Shown: in pieces, positions 1-7,517 of the stretch
Layout of the letters: each line of letters starts with the position of its first letter
Numbering within the stretch: position 1 is the first letter of the stretch
Virus record (IMG/VR): IMGVR_UViG_2541047746_000007
From: a virus
Taxonomy: Duplodnaviria; Heunggongvirae; Uroviricota; Caudoviricetes
Length of the DNA: 29,075 bases
Reading direction: 5' to 3' (one strand)
The notes under the pieces: generated by a model
The model's database searches: none
Told to the model about the DNA's origin: nothing
Seen by the model: only the letters and a program-made list of their open reading frames with translations
Program-made: the position numbers and the translations under genes

Positions 1-90
1 TTGCCTCCCCCCCGTTGATGGGTAAAATAGCCGCAATTTTTCGTTTTCAACAAGCGCGGCGCGATGCCGCTTACTCAAGAAGAAAGAATT

Positions 91-165
91 ATGACGTTGT
101 CTCCTTATTTGCAAGAGGTGGCGAAGCGCCGCACTTTTGCCATTATTTCTCACCCCAATAATTAA
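91..165 (+). pseudogene. prfC: 5' fragment of peptide chain release factor 3 gene, truncated at the prophage junction
   Basis: ATG at 91 translates [22 protein letters not shown], which I recognise as the RF3 N-terminus; instead of continuing into the GTPase P-loop (D-A-G-K-T) it reads N-N-stop (TAA 163-165). Recalled from memory, not searched. Confidence 0.6.
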
Positions 166-319
166 GCCTAAATTAAAGCTCTTTTACTTTTTCAAAGTCC
201 TTTCAGTTAATTGATGTTTGGTTTTATAAGTCATTTAAATACAGTTAGTTATGTGGCTTCTTTAATTGAAAATTCTTTCATGTAACTTTAAATCGATCAG
301 GTTGCTTTCATCAAAAATC

Positions 320-377
320 TGTACATATGCTTGTACATAATGTACAAAGCAGCAGAGGTGTTTTGCGATTTGTACAA
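320..377. promoter_or_regulatory. Cluster of TGTACA-core palindromes upstream of int, including the perfect 17-bp palindrome TTGTACATAATGTACAA (331-347)
   Basis: Three TGTACA motifs within 60 bp directly upstream of the int start; the same TTGTAC/GTACAA half-sites recur in the cI-cro intergenic operator at 6648-6666. Confidence 0.4.
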
Positions 378-385
378 GGTGAGTA

Positions 386-1621
386 ATGGCGCTGTCTGAT
401 GCGTGGTTGCGTTCAGTCGTTGGAAAGGAACGTGATAAGGTTTTGGTTAAATCCGATCGTGATGGTCTGTCTGTCAGAGTATCACCGAAAGGTCGCGTAG
501 TGTTCCAATATCGTTATCAATGGGCAGGGAAAGGTGAGCGCCTTGATATCGGAACTTACCCGGCAACTGGATTAAAAGAGGCCAGAGAAGAAGTTATCCG
601 TCTCCGTGGTGAACTCGAGTCAAGCCGCAATCCACGATTAGTCAAGCAGGCTGAAAAACGAAAAGCTACTGAAGCCATGACGGTAGAGTCTGTGATCCGT
701 GCCTGGTATGAAGCATATTGTGTAAAAAATAAAAAAGGTTCTGAACAGATACTCCGCTCGTTTGAGCTGCACCTGTTCTCTAAAATCGGGAATATCCCTC
801 ACGATGCAGCTACATTGCATGATTGGTTAGAAGTCCTGGAGCCTCTTAGCACCAAGACTCCAGCAATAGTAGACCGATTGCTAATTAACGCAAAGCAGGC
901 TCATGTCTGGGCGTATAAGAGAAAGCTCATTGAAACTCGCCCACTGTCGGATATCACGGGTAAAGATATGGATATCCGTAAAGGTCAGAAAAAACGGTTT
1001 CTGACACATGATGAAATTAACATCCTTTATGCTGCGATCGATGGTTCTCGAATGGTTCCTAAATACCGAGCCTTCATTAAACTATTGCTGCATTTTGGTT
1101 GCCGTAGTTCAGAGCTAATTACTGCTAGGGTGGATGATTTTGATTTCATAAATAAGGTATGGACTGTACCACCAGAACGACATAAGACTGGGGACATAAC
1201 AGGCGAACCGCTAAAGCGGCCCATTATTGAACCGGTTGAAGAGCTTATAAAATACGTTATCTCTATGAACAACGGTTCCGATATGCTTTTTACTAAGGAA
1301 GGAAGCAGGGAGCCAGTTGGTCGGACATCATTGCAGTCGCTGCCTTACAATTTAATGCAGTTCGCATGGCGACGTTTGGGGTATCAATTTCCTCATTGGT
1401 CTCTTCATGATTTGAGACGAACAGCACGAACAAACTTTTCTGATCTTACTGCTCCTCATATTGCTGAAATAATGCTTGGTCATAAACTGCCAGGTGTATG
1501 GCAAGTTTATGATAAGAGCGATTATCTAGAAGAACAGCGTAAAGCTTACTGGGCATGGTGGGAGAGGGTTGAATCGATCGTTACTTGTACTGACTTAATC
1601 TCCAACGGACAGTTTGCGTAG
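386..1621 (+). CDS. int: Tyrosine recombinase / phage integrase, P4-type with N-terminal arm-binding (DUF4102-like) domain
   Basis: 411-aa ORF. N-terminus (LSDAWLRS...GLSVRVSPKGRVVFQYRY...DIGTYP) fits the P4-integrase arm-binding pattern; C-terminus has HDLRRTARTNF and a downstream Tyr typical of tyrosine recombinases. RBS AAGGTGAG precedes the ATG. Sits next to the host junction. Confidence 0.9.
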   Translation: MALSDAWLRSVVGKERDKVLVKSDRDGLSVRVSPKGRVVFQYRYQWAGKGERLDIGTYPATGLKEAREEVIRLRGELESSRNPRLVKQAEKRKATEAMTVESVIRAWYEAYCVKNKKGSEQILRSFELHLFSKIGNIPHDAATLHDWLEVLEPLSTKTPAIVDRLLINAKQAHVWAYKRKLIETRPLSDITGKDMDIRKGQKKRFLTHDEINILYAAIDGSRMVPKYRAFIKLLLHFGCRSSELITARVDDFDFINKVWTVPPERHKTGDITGEPLKRPIIEPVEELIKYVISMNNGSDMLFTKEGSREPVGRTSLQSLPYNLMQFAWRRLGYQFPHWSLHDLRRTARTNFSDLTAPHIAEIMLGHKLPGVWQVYDKSDYLEEQRKAYWAWWERVESIVTCTDLISNGQFA

Positions 1622-1779
1622 CCAGAGCGTAATCATATCTGCCAGTCCGCTGCGGATACCTTGTGTACTGGGTTTTTAGCCAGACTACGTTAACCGGTAG
1701 CTTCAGTATTTGGGGTGTCGGCAGGAGTTTGATGGTTTATTGGGTTACTGTGGGACTAAGGATGTAGGGATGCCAATCG

Positions 1780-2913
1780 ATGAATTATGAAAAATATCAT
1801 AGCACAAACAGAAGCAAGGGTTTGCGAACCTTCTGCTACTTAATTTATTATGTGCAGGTGATTTTTAATGTGATGAAGTGTTTTATGACTCGCGGAAACT
1901 TTGATTTTATAAACTCTAACGTGGTTTTCTCAGAAGCCGATAAGTCATTGTGGATTGATCTCATTAACACCGATTGTATTTGGTATGATATGATAATTAA
2001 TCCTCCTGATGATATAAGAACAAATAAGATAATAAAGAACTATCTCAGAATTATGGAAAAATATACGAGGGAAAGCTGTGAAAAGAGATTTATTTATTTC
2101 TTAGGTTCAAGAAAAAAAGTGAGGTTTTCAACCAAGAAACAGCCTAGGTATAACCCATTCACAAAAAATATAGTATTCACTCTGTTGATTGGCAAAGAAG
2201 AGCGAAAGCTTCGGATAAAATATTCCTTTTGCACGTTTACGCAGAATGGGGTAGTGAAGGTAACTCCAAATGTTAGAGTAACTGAGAAGTTTCTCTACAT
2301 TGAATATGAAAATGGCAATTTATGTGTGATGTCAGTTCATGATTTCGTAAACGGACATTATATTGATTTAGGAATTCATACAGAAGTGCATTACGTAGGA
2401 TATACACGTCATCCGCATCGGCGCCCTGTTGATTTTATTCACCGTGGCTTATCAAAGATGCTGTATAGCGTTTCAAATGACGATAATGATTTTTTTGTTT
2501 GTTTTAGTATATTTAATCCAAGGATTATATCTCTGAATAATAAATGTAATGTGGTCTTTAATATTTCAAATTCTCTACTGGATGAAATTGATGTTGATAA
2601 TGAGGGGAGAATTATTGAAAACTGCTTAATACGTTACTTTGATCCTAAGCTTCAAGATGATGACAAGGAAAGTAAAAGGTCAGATTTAAATAAAATGTTT
2701 ATGGACCTGGTGGAAAATAAAAAAATTAAAAAAATATACGTTAATTTTCAATATGAAAGGAATAATGAGTATTTCTGCTTTTACTCTAAAGTTGTTCCGC
2801 CGAAATTTCATCATTTCTTTGTGTTGGATTTTTCTGATGGCAAGATAAATATTGATAGAGACCAGGATATGATGACTCAGATGGCATTGTGCATGGGGTA
2901 TTATAATTATTAA
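1780..2913 (+). CDS. Hypothetical protein, AT-rich orphan cargo gene (candidate defence/abortive-infection protein); start uncertain (alternative ATGs at 1873 and 1885)
   Basis: Long uninterrupted ORF in a region visibly much more AT-rich than the flanking phage DNA. Protein is rich in N/K/I/F/Y/D. I recognise no known motif (no Walker A, no clear nuclease or recombinase signature). Confidence 0.55.
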   Translation: MNYEKYHSTNRSKGLRTFCYLIYYVQVIFNVMKCFMTRGNFDFINSNVVFSEADKSLWIDLINTDCIWYDMIINPPDDIRTNKIIKNYLRIMEKYTRESCEKRFIYFLGSRKKVRFSTKKQPRYNPFTKNIVFTLLIGKEERKLRIKYSFCTFTQNGVVKVTPNVRVTEKFLYIEYENGNLCVMSVHDFVNGHYIDLGIHTEVHYVGYTRHPHRRPVDFIHRGLSKMLYSVSNDDNDFFVCFSIFNPRIISLNNKCNVVFNISNSLLDEIDVDNEGRIIENCLIRYFDPKLQDDDKESKRSDLNKMFMDLVENKKIKKIYVNFQYERNNEYFCFYSKVVPPKFHHFFVLDFSDGKINIDRDQDMMTQMALCMGYYNY

Positions 2914-3122
2914 TATTTCGCCTGATGCCAACTCAAAATCTTTTTTGTCGCATCCATTGTGGATTAATATTCAGAGGTAAGGGGTATCTGCGGAATTTAT
3001 ATTTTGCAGGATGAGCATACAATACATGATATAACATCTGTTTTTGGCACAGAGCATATAGTCAGATTATGTTTAGTTCTGTGCCATAGATGGATATTAT
3101 CTCACCTCTTGGCTAACTCTCA

Positions 3123-3317
3123 TTACTCAATAACTCCAGCAAATCTGTATATTTTGCGTGATGCCCATTTATTTGGGCAGGATTTAATATCAGGATCTGG
3201 AAAATCTGGCCTGTATTTCTGGCCTGTCCTCCTGTTTACGCTGTTCCAGCGAAGCACCGTCGATATTGAAACGCCACAGAATTCGGCGACTTGTTTTGTT
3301 GTCATTAAGTTGCTCAT
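3123..3317 (-). CDS. AlpA/excisionase-family helix-turn-helix protein (putative Xis or regulator)
   Basis: 64 aa; TTKQVAEFCGVSISTVLRW is an HTH_17/AlpA-type helix-turn-helix. RBS GGAGGGG lies 5 nt upstream of the ATG. It is the last gene of the leftward operon, adjacent to int. Confidence 0.6.
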   Translation of the reverse strand: MSNLMTTKQVAEFCGVSISTVLRWNSVNRRTGQKYRPDFPDPDIKSCPNKWASRKIYRFAGVIE

Positions 3318-3351
3318 TGCTACCCCTCCAGCGGTTGTTCAGTTGAAAGAC

Positions 3352-3888
3352 TCATGCGCATGTGCGTAACTCCGATAACTCGTTAAAGCGTTCCATAAAC
3401 ATCCCGTAGGCATGGCCTGGCGACAGTGGAATAACTTTGAACATCTCTGTGGCAGAGATGCCTTCCAGTACTGGCCAGAAAGAGCCATCCTCAAGCCCGA
3501 GATCGCGGCGTTCGGTTGCCAGCATGATGAGATCGGCATATTTCACGGGTGTACTCATAACCGGGGGTAACCCGTATTTCTCACGGATTACTGTGTCTAT
3601 TTTTTCTTCCATCCGTTTATAGTCAGGAAGAAAGCGTTTCAGTGGTGCGGGGATGTCCTGGCAATACGCTTCTGTTGCATCATGCATTAACGCTTCAAAA
3701 GCAAATTCCTGCGGTACCAGCTGGCTGCAAAGCACCGCATGTTGGGCGACGCTGTAGAAGTGTGAAAGATGACCGGCAAAGCGACAGATATTTGAAAGGG
3801 AAACCGCGATATCGTTAATATCGATGTCGTCTTTATTTATCCTGTCATAATAAAAATGCTTCCCGGAAAAAGTTTTAATAAATGACAT
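3352..3888 (-). CDS. yfdR: HD-domain phosphohydrolase, YfbR/YfdR-like 5'-deoxynucleotidase
   Basis: Motifs H..H (FAGHLSHF...AQHAV) and HD (ALMHDATEAYCQDIPAPLKRF) match the YfbR-type HD fold. Start moved to the ATG at 3888 (RBS GGAGAA), giving 178 aa, the length I recall for K-12 YfdR. Confidence 0.7.
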   Translation of the reverse strand: MSFIKTFSGKHFYYDRINKDDIDINDIAVSLSNICRFAGHLSHFYSVAQHAVLCSQLVPQEFAFEALMHDATEAYCQDIPAPLKRFLPDYKRMEEKIDTVIREKYGLPPVMSTPVKYADLIMLATERRDLGLEDGSFWPVLEGISATEMFKVIPLSPGHAYGMFMERFNELSELRTCA

Positions 3889-4015
3889 TTTGTTCTCCAC
3901 GTATATGCGTTGCACCGTGCTGAATTCTGGTAAAAGGAAGCCCTCACCATCTGGCGATTATTGGGTAAATTATGTTGACATAAATGCCCCCGCAGGGGCA
4001 TTTGCAGTAATGAAA

Positions 4016-4840
4016 TCAGGCGGTGAAAGTACCAATAAAGGTTTCTACTTTGCTGTCTTTGAATTTCTCAACAAGCAGATCACGAAATTCGTTAGCCATT
4101 TCTTCCTGCACCGCTTCCAGCTGAATAATGCGCAGAACCAGTACAGGACGATCGCCAGTGATAATGCTGAGGCGTAATTTAAACGGACGTTCTTTCAGAC
4201 CTTCAAACGGAACGCATTTAAATTCAAATGCCACTGGCATAATGTCTTTGGTCTTCGCTTCGACAGACTCCATCAGGGAGCGTTTGCCGCTGAAGTCATT
4301 ATCTTCAAAATCAGCGGTCTGGTTCGCTTCAATTGTGATTTTACGGATCGCCGCAGCCGCTTTGGTTGCCTGAATGGCGTCACCATTAGCATCAAAGCCC
4401 ACAAGGTAGTCGGCCCAGTCTTCAATCCATTCTGCCAGTGACTTCTGGGAGTTACGCTCGCCGTTAACAGACAACAGGGCAGAGAACGGTGCTGTCTTTT
4501 TCAGTTTGAGAGTGGCGGTGTTATCTGCGTGACCTGGTTCATCAATAGTACCCAGGTTAAGCACACTGACTGCTCGCATATTATCGGCATCAATAAAGCA
4601 GCGGGTGCCTTCATTTGCAAGATCTTTAGAATAACGGGTAAAGTCATCGATGCTGGCAGTGGAAAGCGCACCACGGAAACGGAAGCGATTTAAATTAAAT
4701 TTTTCCAGATCATGAATGCGGAAATTCTCAGGCAATGCCACAGCATCGGCACCAATCTTACTGATAATTTCATTAACACCCTGAGCAGAAATAAGGGCAT
4801 GGATTTGATTAATTGCGGTTGCGTCTAAGTTCTGAGACAT
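4016..4840 (-). CDS. yfdQ: YfdQ-like protein (DUF2303 family), function unknown
   Basis: 274-aa ORF with RBS GTGAGGA. Length and the P-Q-R gene order match the KpLE1/CPS-53 yfdP-yfdQ-yfdR arrangement as I recall it; not searched. Confidence 0.6.
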   Translation of the reverse strand: MSQNLDATAINQIHALISAQGVNEIISKIGADAVALPENFRIHDLEKFNLNRFRFRGALSTASIDDFTRYSKDLANEGTRCFIDADNMRAVSVLNLGTIDEPGHADNTATLKLKKTAPFSALLSVNGERNSQKSLAEWIEDWADYLVGFDANGDAIQATKAAAAIRKITIEANQTADFEDNDFSGKRSLMESVEAKTKDIMPVAFEFKCVPFEGLKERPFKLRLSIITGDRPVLVLRIIQLEAVQEEMANEFRDLLVEKFKDSKVETFIGTFTA

Positions 4841-4905
4841 AATAAGTCCTCACTATATAAAGATATTCAGTGATGAGATAAATAATCAGTTTATTAAAAA
4901 CGATA

Positions 4906-5268
4906 TTAACGACCTGCTGCGCGGAGTTTTCCGTCAGGTTCACCGGCAAGAGTCAGTAATTGTCCCTGGTCTTCCTGCAGAATAGTCAGGCGACCACCGC
5001 GATTGACATACATCGGCGTTTCGGTGGTGTCTTCTTCGGAAATTTTCCCGCGGTTAGTCGGGCGAACATATGAGAGTTTGTGTTTGATTTTCACACGGTT
5101 CTCATCAAATGGTTCGATTTCCAGGTTGAGTGAGACCTTACCTTTGGTTTTCGTGTTCATCACACCTGAAGCGACTTCACTGAGAACTGCGCCGATTTTG
5201 GTTTCAAATACGCCGCCGTCCAGCTCCCCGATAAATGCCCGCACATCAGTACTGCGTTCGCTAGCCAT
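4906..5268 (-). CDS. yfdP: YfdP-like small protein, function unknown
   Basis: The track ORF (to 5454) is probably over-extended. The internal ATG at 5268 has a strong RBS (GAGGAG) and gives about 120 aa, beginning MASERSTDVRAFIGELDGG. Confidence 0.55.
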   Translation of the reverse strand: MASERSTDVRAFIGELDGGVFETKIGAVLSEVASGVMNTKTKGKVSLNLEIEPFDENRVKIKHKLSYVRPTNRGKISEEDTTETPMYVNRGGRLTILQEDQGQLLTLAGEPDGKLRAAGR

Positions 5269-5316
5269 TTTGCTGCTCCTCATCATATCGACCCTGCAAG
5301 GTCGGTTGGTTTCTCC

Positions 5317-5405
5317 ACAAAACAGAGAAGAACACCTGCGGTGGCAGCCGCCCGGATGGATTGGGTTATGAGCCCGTCGTCCGGTGATGCTCTTCTCTGT
5401 TTTGT
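5317..5405 (-). promoter_or_regulatory. Large hairpin in the early-left leader RNA (15-bp perfect stem, 59-nt loop), preceded by a boxA-like CGCTCTTTTTACA
   Basis: ACAAAACAGAGAAGA (5317-5331) is the exact reverse complement of TCTTCTCTGTTTTGT (5391-5405). On the minus strand GCTCTTTTTACAAA sits immediately 5' of the stem. Confidence 0.3.
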
Positions 5406-5413
5406 AAAAAGAG

Positions 5414-5450
5414 CGGTACCAGCCGGAAGCAAGTGTACAAACTGGTACCG
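5414..5450 (-). terminator. Hairpin plus U-run in the leader (candidate tL-type terminator or attenuator)
   Basis: 9-bp stem CGGTACCAG/CTGGTACCG with a 19-nt loop; on the minus strand it is followed by GCUCUUUUU. The loop contains another TTTGTACA motif. Confidence 0.35.
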
Positions 5451-5889
5451 CCAAAGCAGTGGCTGTTGTGGTGACCGGTGCTGATCTCCGGCTTGCGGTT
5501 ATTTCAGACTCTCACGGGTGTTTAATTGCCCCGCCGAACAGCTCTTTTCCGCAATAGCTGCAATGTCTTTCGCGCATCAGCCTGCGCATTCACCACAACG
5601 CTGAGAGCACTTAGCCAGTTACGGCACCACACTTTGTCGCGGTTCCATAAATGCCCTCATCGTTGCACCCTGGTCTCTTCCCAGGTGTCAAACCGAACCG
5701 CCACGCAGGTTAGGCGTCTTATCAGCATCATCATTGACTTGCACATTCCGGCTACCTGGTTTGTTTGTCCGAGCAAGGAGTGGATTGTCCCCTTTAACGT
5801 CCCCAGACCGCTAACGACGCATGTGCCATACGCCGTGTTACAACCAAATTTTGTTTGAATCTTGCCTGCCTCATGTTTCTTTTGGATAC

Positions 5890-5917
5890 ATTATGTATCT
5901 CATGGGTACATTGTCAA
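5890..5917 (-). promoter_or_regulatory. Candidate PL early-left promoter (TTGACA-16 nt-CATAAT), overlapped by palindrome GATACATTATGTATC (5885-5899)
   Basis: Minus-strand -35 TTGACA (5917-5912) and -10 CATAAT (5895-5890) with a 16-nt spacer; a 15-bp palindrome overlaps the -10, consistent with an OL operator. Confidence 0.45.
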
Positions 5918-5920
5918 GTA

Positions 5921-5943
5921 TAAAAAAACCTGCCGAAGCAGGT
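5921..5943 (-). terminator. Rho-independent terminator after cI
   Basis: Minus-strand hairpin ACCUGC-UUCG-GCAGGU followed by a U7 run, 14 nt beyond the cI stop. Confidence 0.65.
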
Positions 5944-5956
5944 TCATAAATATTGA

Positions 5957-6631
5957 TTAGGCCTTTATTGTGTATCTTCTTGGTTTTCCCGAGAAAATCA
6001 CTGTACCAATTATAGAGCAATTACCGTTAATCTTAATGTAAGGCTCAGGCCAGTTTGGGTTTAATGCTTTGAGATAACGCTGTGTTCCATCTTCTATCAA
6101 TCGCTTGAAGGTGGTTTCGCCTGTATCGTGCATCAATGCAATAACGTCGTCACCGTGGCAGGCAGGGACTTCGGGATCAACAAAAATCATGTCTCCAGGG
6201 CGGTACTCATCAATCATTGAATCACCAATCACCCGCAAGATATAAGTCATTTCGCCACAGGGTACAGGGCAGGGATACGTTTCTGCTGTGCTCAAATCAA
6301 CCTCAGAATAGCCAACTTCTTTCCATGCTCCGGCCTGTACCCATGATATGACAGGGACTAACGTTATTTGTTTGTTAGTGATTGAAACATCAGGTTTTTT
6401 TGTGATGTTCGTTGTCTGGTGTTCTTGATCAAGCCATCCGACAGGCAGGTCGAAACATTTTTCGATGTGCCGTGCCATGCTGTCACCGATATTTTTAGTA
6501 GCGCCATCCCCCATAAACCTGCTGGTTTGGGTTGGCTCGCGATCAATCATGGTGGCAAAGGATGAATTTCCGCCAACACCATCTCTCAGTTTTCTGGCGT
6601 TAGACCGCCGGATGTCATGGATTGTTTTCAT
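5957..6631 (-). CDS. cI: CI-type repressor (HTH_XRE N-terminal domain + S24/LexA-like peptidase C-terminal domain)
   Basis: 224 aa; N-terminal HTH region, C-terminal GDSM serine motif with a downstream lysine typical of autocleaving S24 repressors. Divergent from cro across an operator region. Confidence 0.85.
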   Translation of the reverse strand: MKTIHDIRRSNARKLRDGVGGNSSFATMIDREPTQTSRFMGDGATKNIGDSMARHIEKCFDLPVGWLDQEHQTTNITKKPDVSITNKQITLVPVISWVQAGAWKEVGYSEVDLSTAETYPCPVPCGEMTYILRVIGDSMIDEYRPGDMIFVDPEVPACHGDDVIALMHDTGETTFKRLIEDGTQRYLKALNPNWPEPYIKINGNCSIIGTVIFSGKPRRYTIKA

Positions 6632-6647
6632 AACGAAATTAAAACCT

Positions 6648-6666
6648 TTGTACCGATAAGGTACAA
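6648..6666. promoter_or_regulatory. OR operator palindrome TTGTACCGATAAGGTACAA; a second palindrome ATATGTA-N9-TACATAT (6696-6718) spans the cro RBS
   Basis: Perfect 7-bp inverted half-sites in the 90-bp cI-cro intergenic region; candidate PR -35 TTGAAG (6672-6677) and -10 TAATAT (6694-6699). Confidence 0.5.
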
Positions 6667-6721
6667 GTATCTTGAAGGTTCATTTCAATCATGTAATATG
6701 TATACCGGAGGTACATATTGT

Positions 6722-6922
6722 ATGAAAGCGTATTGGGACTCTTTAACCAAAGAACAGCAGGGCGAGTTGGCCGGAAAAGTTGGCTCAACACCTGGCTACT
6801 TACGGCTGGTTTTCAATGGTTATAAAAAAGCCAGTTTTGTGCTGGCGAAAAAACTTGAGCAATGCACGTCAGGTGCAATTACGAAATCTGACTTAAGACC
6901 GGATATCTATCCGAAAGATTAA
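6722..6922 (+). CDS. cro: Cro/YdaS-family HTH repressor
   Basis: 66 aa from the ATG at 6722 (RBS GGAGG 6706-6710). The GSTPGYLRLVFNGYKKAS...KSDLRPDIYP pattern resembles YdaS/Cro-type proteins. The track ORF start at 6617 is over-extended into the operator region. Confidence 0.8.
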   Translation: MKAYWDSLTKEQQGELAGKVGSTPGYLRLVFNGYKKASFVLAKKLEQCTSGAITKSDLRPDIYPKD

Positions 6923-6953
6923 CAGAACACCTTCAATTTTTAACCACAGAACG

Positions 6954-7517
6954 ATGAGGCTAACCGTGGGTAAGTATCACTGGAAAGTAGAAAAACAGCC
7001 TGAGTGGTACGTGAAAGCTGTCAGAAAAACTATCGCAGCGTTGCCGGGTGGTTACGCTGAAGCAGCTGACTGGCTGGATGTAACAGAGAACGCATTATTT
7101 AACCGCCTTCGTGCCGATGGCGATCAGATTTTCCCGCTGGGATGGGCAATGGTTTTACAGCGCGCGGCTGGCACTCACTACATTGCGGATGCTGTCGCAC
7201 AGTCTGCTGGTGGGGTGTTCGTATCGCTTCCTGAAATTGAGGAAGTAGAGAACGCCGATATAAACCAGCGCCTGCTGGAAGTCATCGAACAGATCGGGAA
7301 TTACTCAAAGCAGATTCGTTCGGCAATCGAAGATGGGGTCGTGGAGCCACACGAGCAGACAGCAATTAATGATGAGTTGTATCTGTCAATTTCGAAGCTC
7401 CAAGAGCATGCAGCACTGGTCTACAAAATCTTTTGCGCTCCAGAAAAGAGTGACGCCCGCGAGTGTGCAGCTCCGGGCGTCGTGGCGTTTTGTGTCTGTG
7501 GAGAAACTAACGCATGA
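6954..7517 (+). CDS. CII-like / YdaT-like early regulatory protein (assignment uncertain)
   Basis: 187-aa ORF immediately after cro; its stop overlaps the next start (ATGA). Family call is by position and vague recollection only. Alternative GTG start at 6966 has a better RBS. Confidence 0.5.
   Translation: MRLTVGKYHWKVEKQPEWYVKAVRKTIAALPGGYAEAADWLDVTENALFNRLRADGDQIFPLGWAMVLQRAAGTHYIADAVAQSAGGVFVSLPEIEEVENADINQRLLEVIEQIGNYSKQIRSAIEDGVVEPHEQTAINDELYLSISKLQEHAALVYKIFCAPEKSDARECAAPGVVAFCVCGETNA

Noticed and set aside
3004-3369. 121-aa plus-strand ORF overlapping the AlpA-like gene
   Set aside because: Lies antisense to a well-supported HTH gene with an RBS; W/H/C/L-rich translation with no start context; likely a shadow ORF.
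4906-5454. Full 182-aa extent of the track ORF upstream of the YfdP-like gene
   Set aside because: The N-terminal 62 residues are Cys/Arg/His-rich and span the leader hairpin; an internal ATG at 5268 with a strong GAGGAG RBS gives the expected ~120-aa protein.
5526-5858. 110-aa plus-strand ORF in the early-left leader
   Set aside because: Runs against the direction of the surrounding operon, has no RBS, and the translation is Arg/Ser/Thr-rich and low-complexity; the region is better explained as leader RNA.
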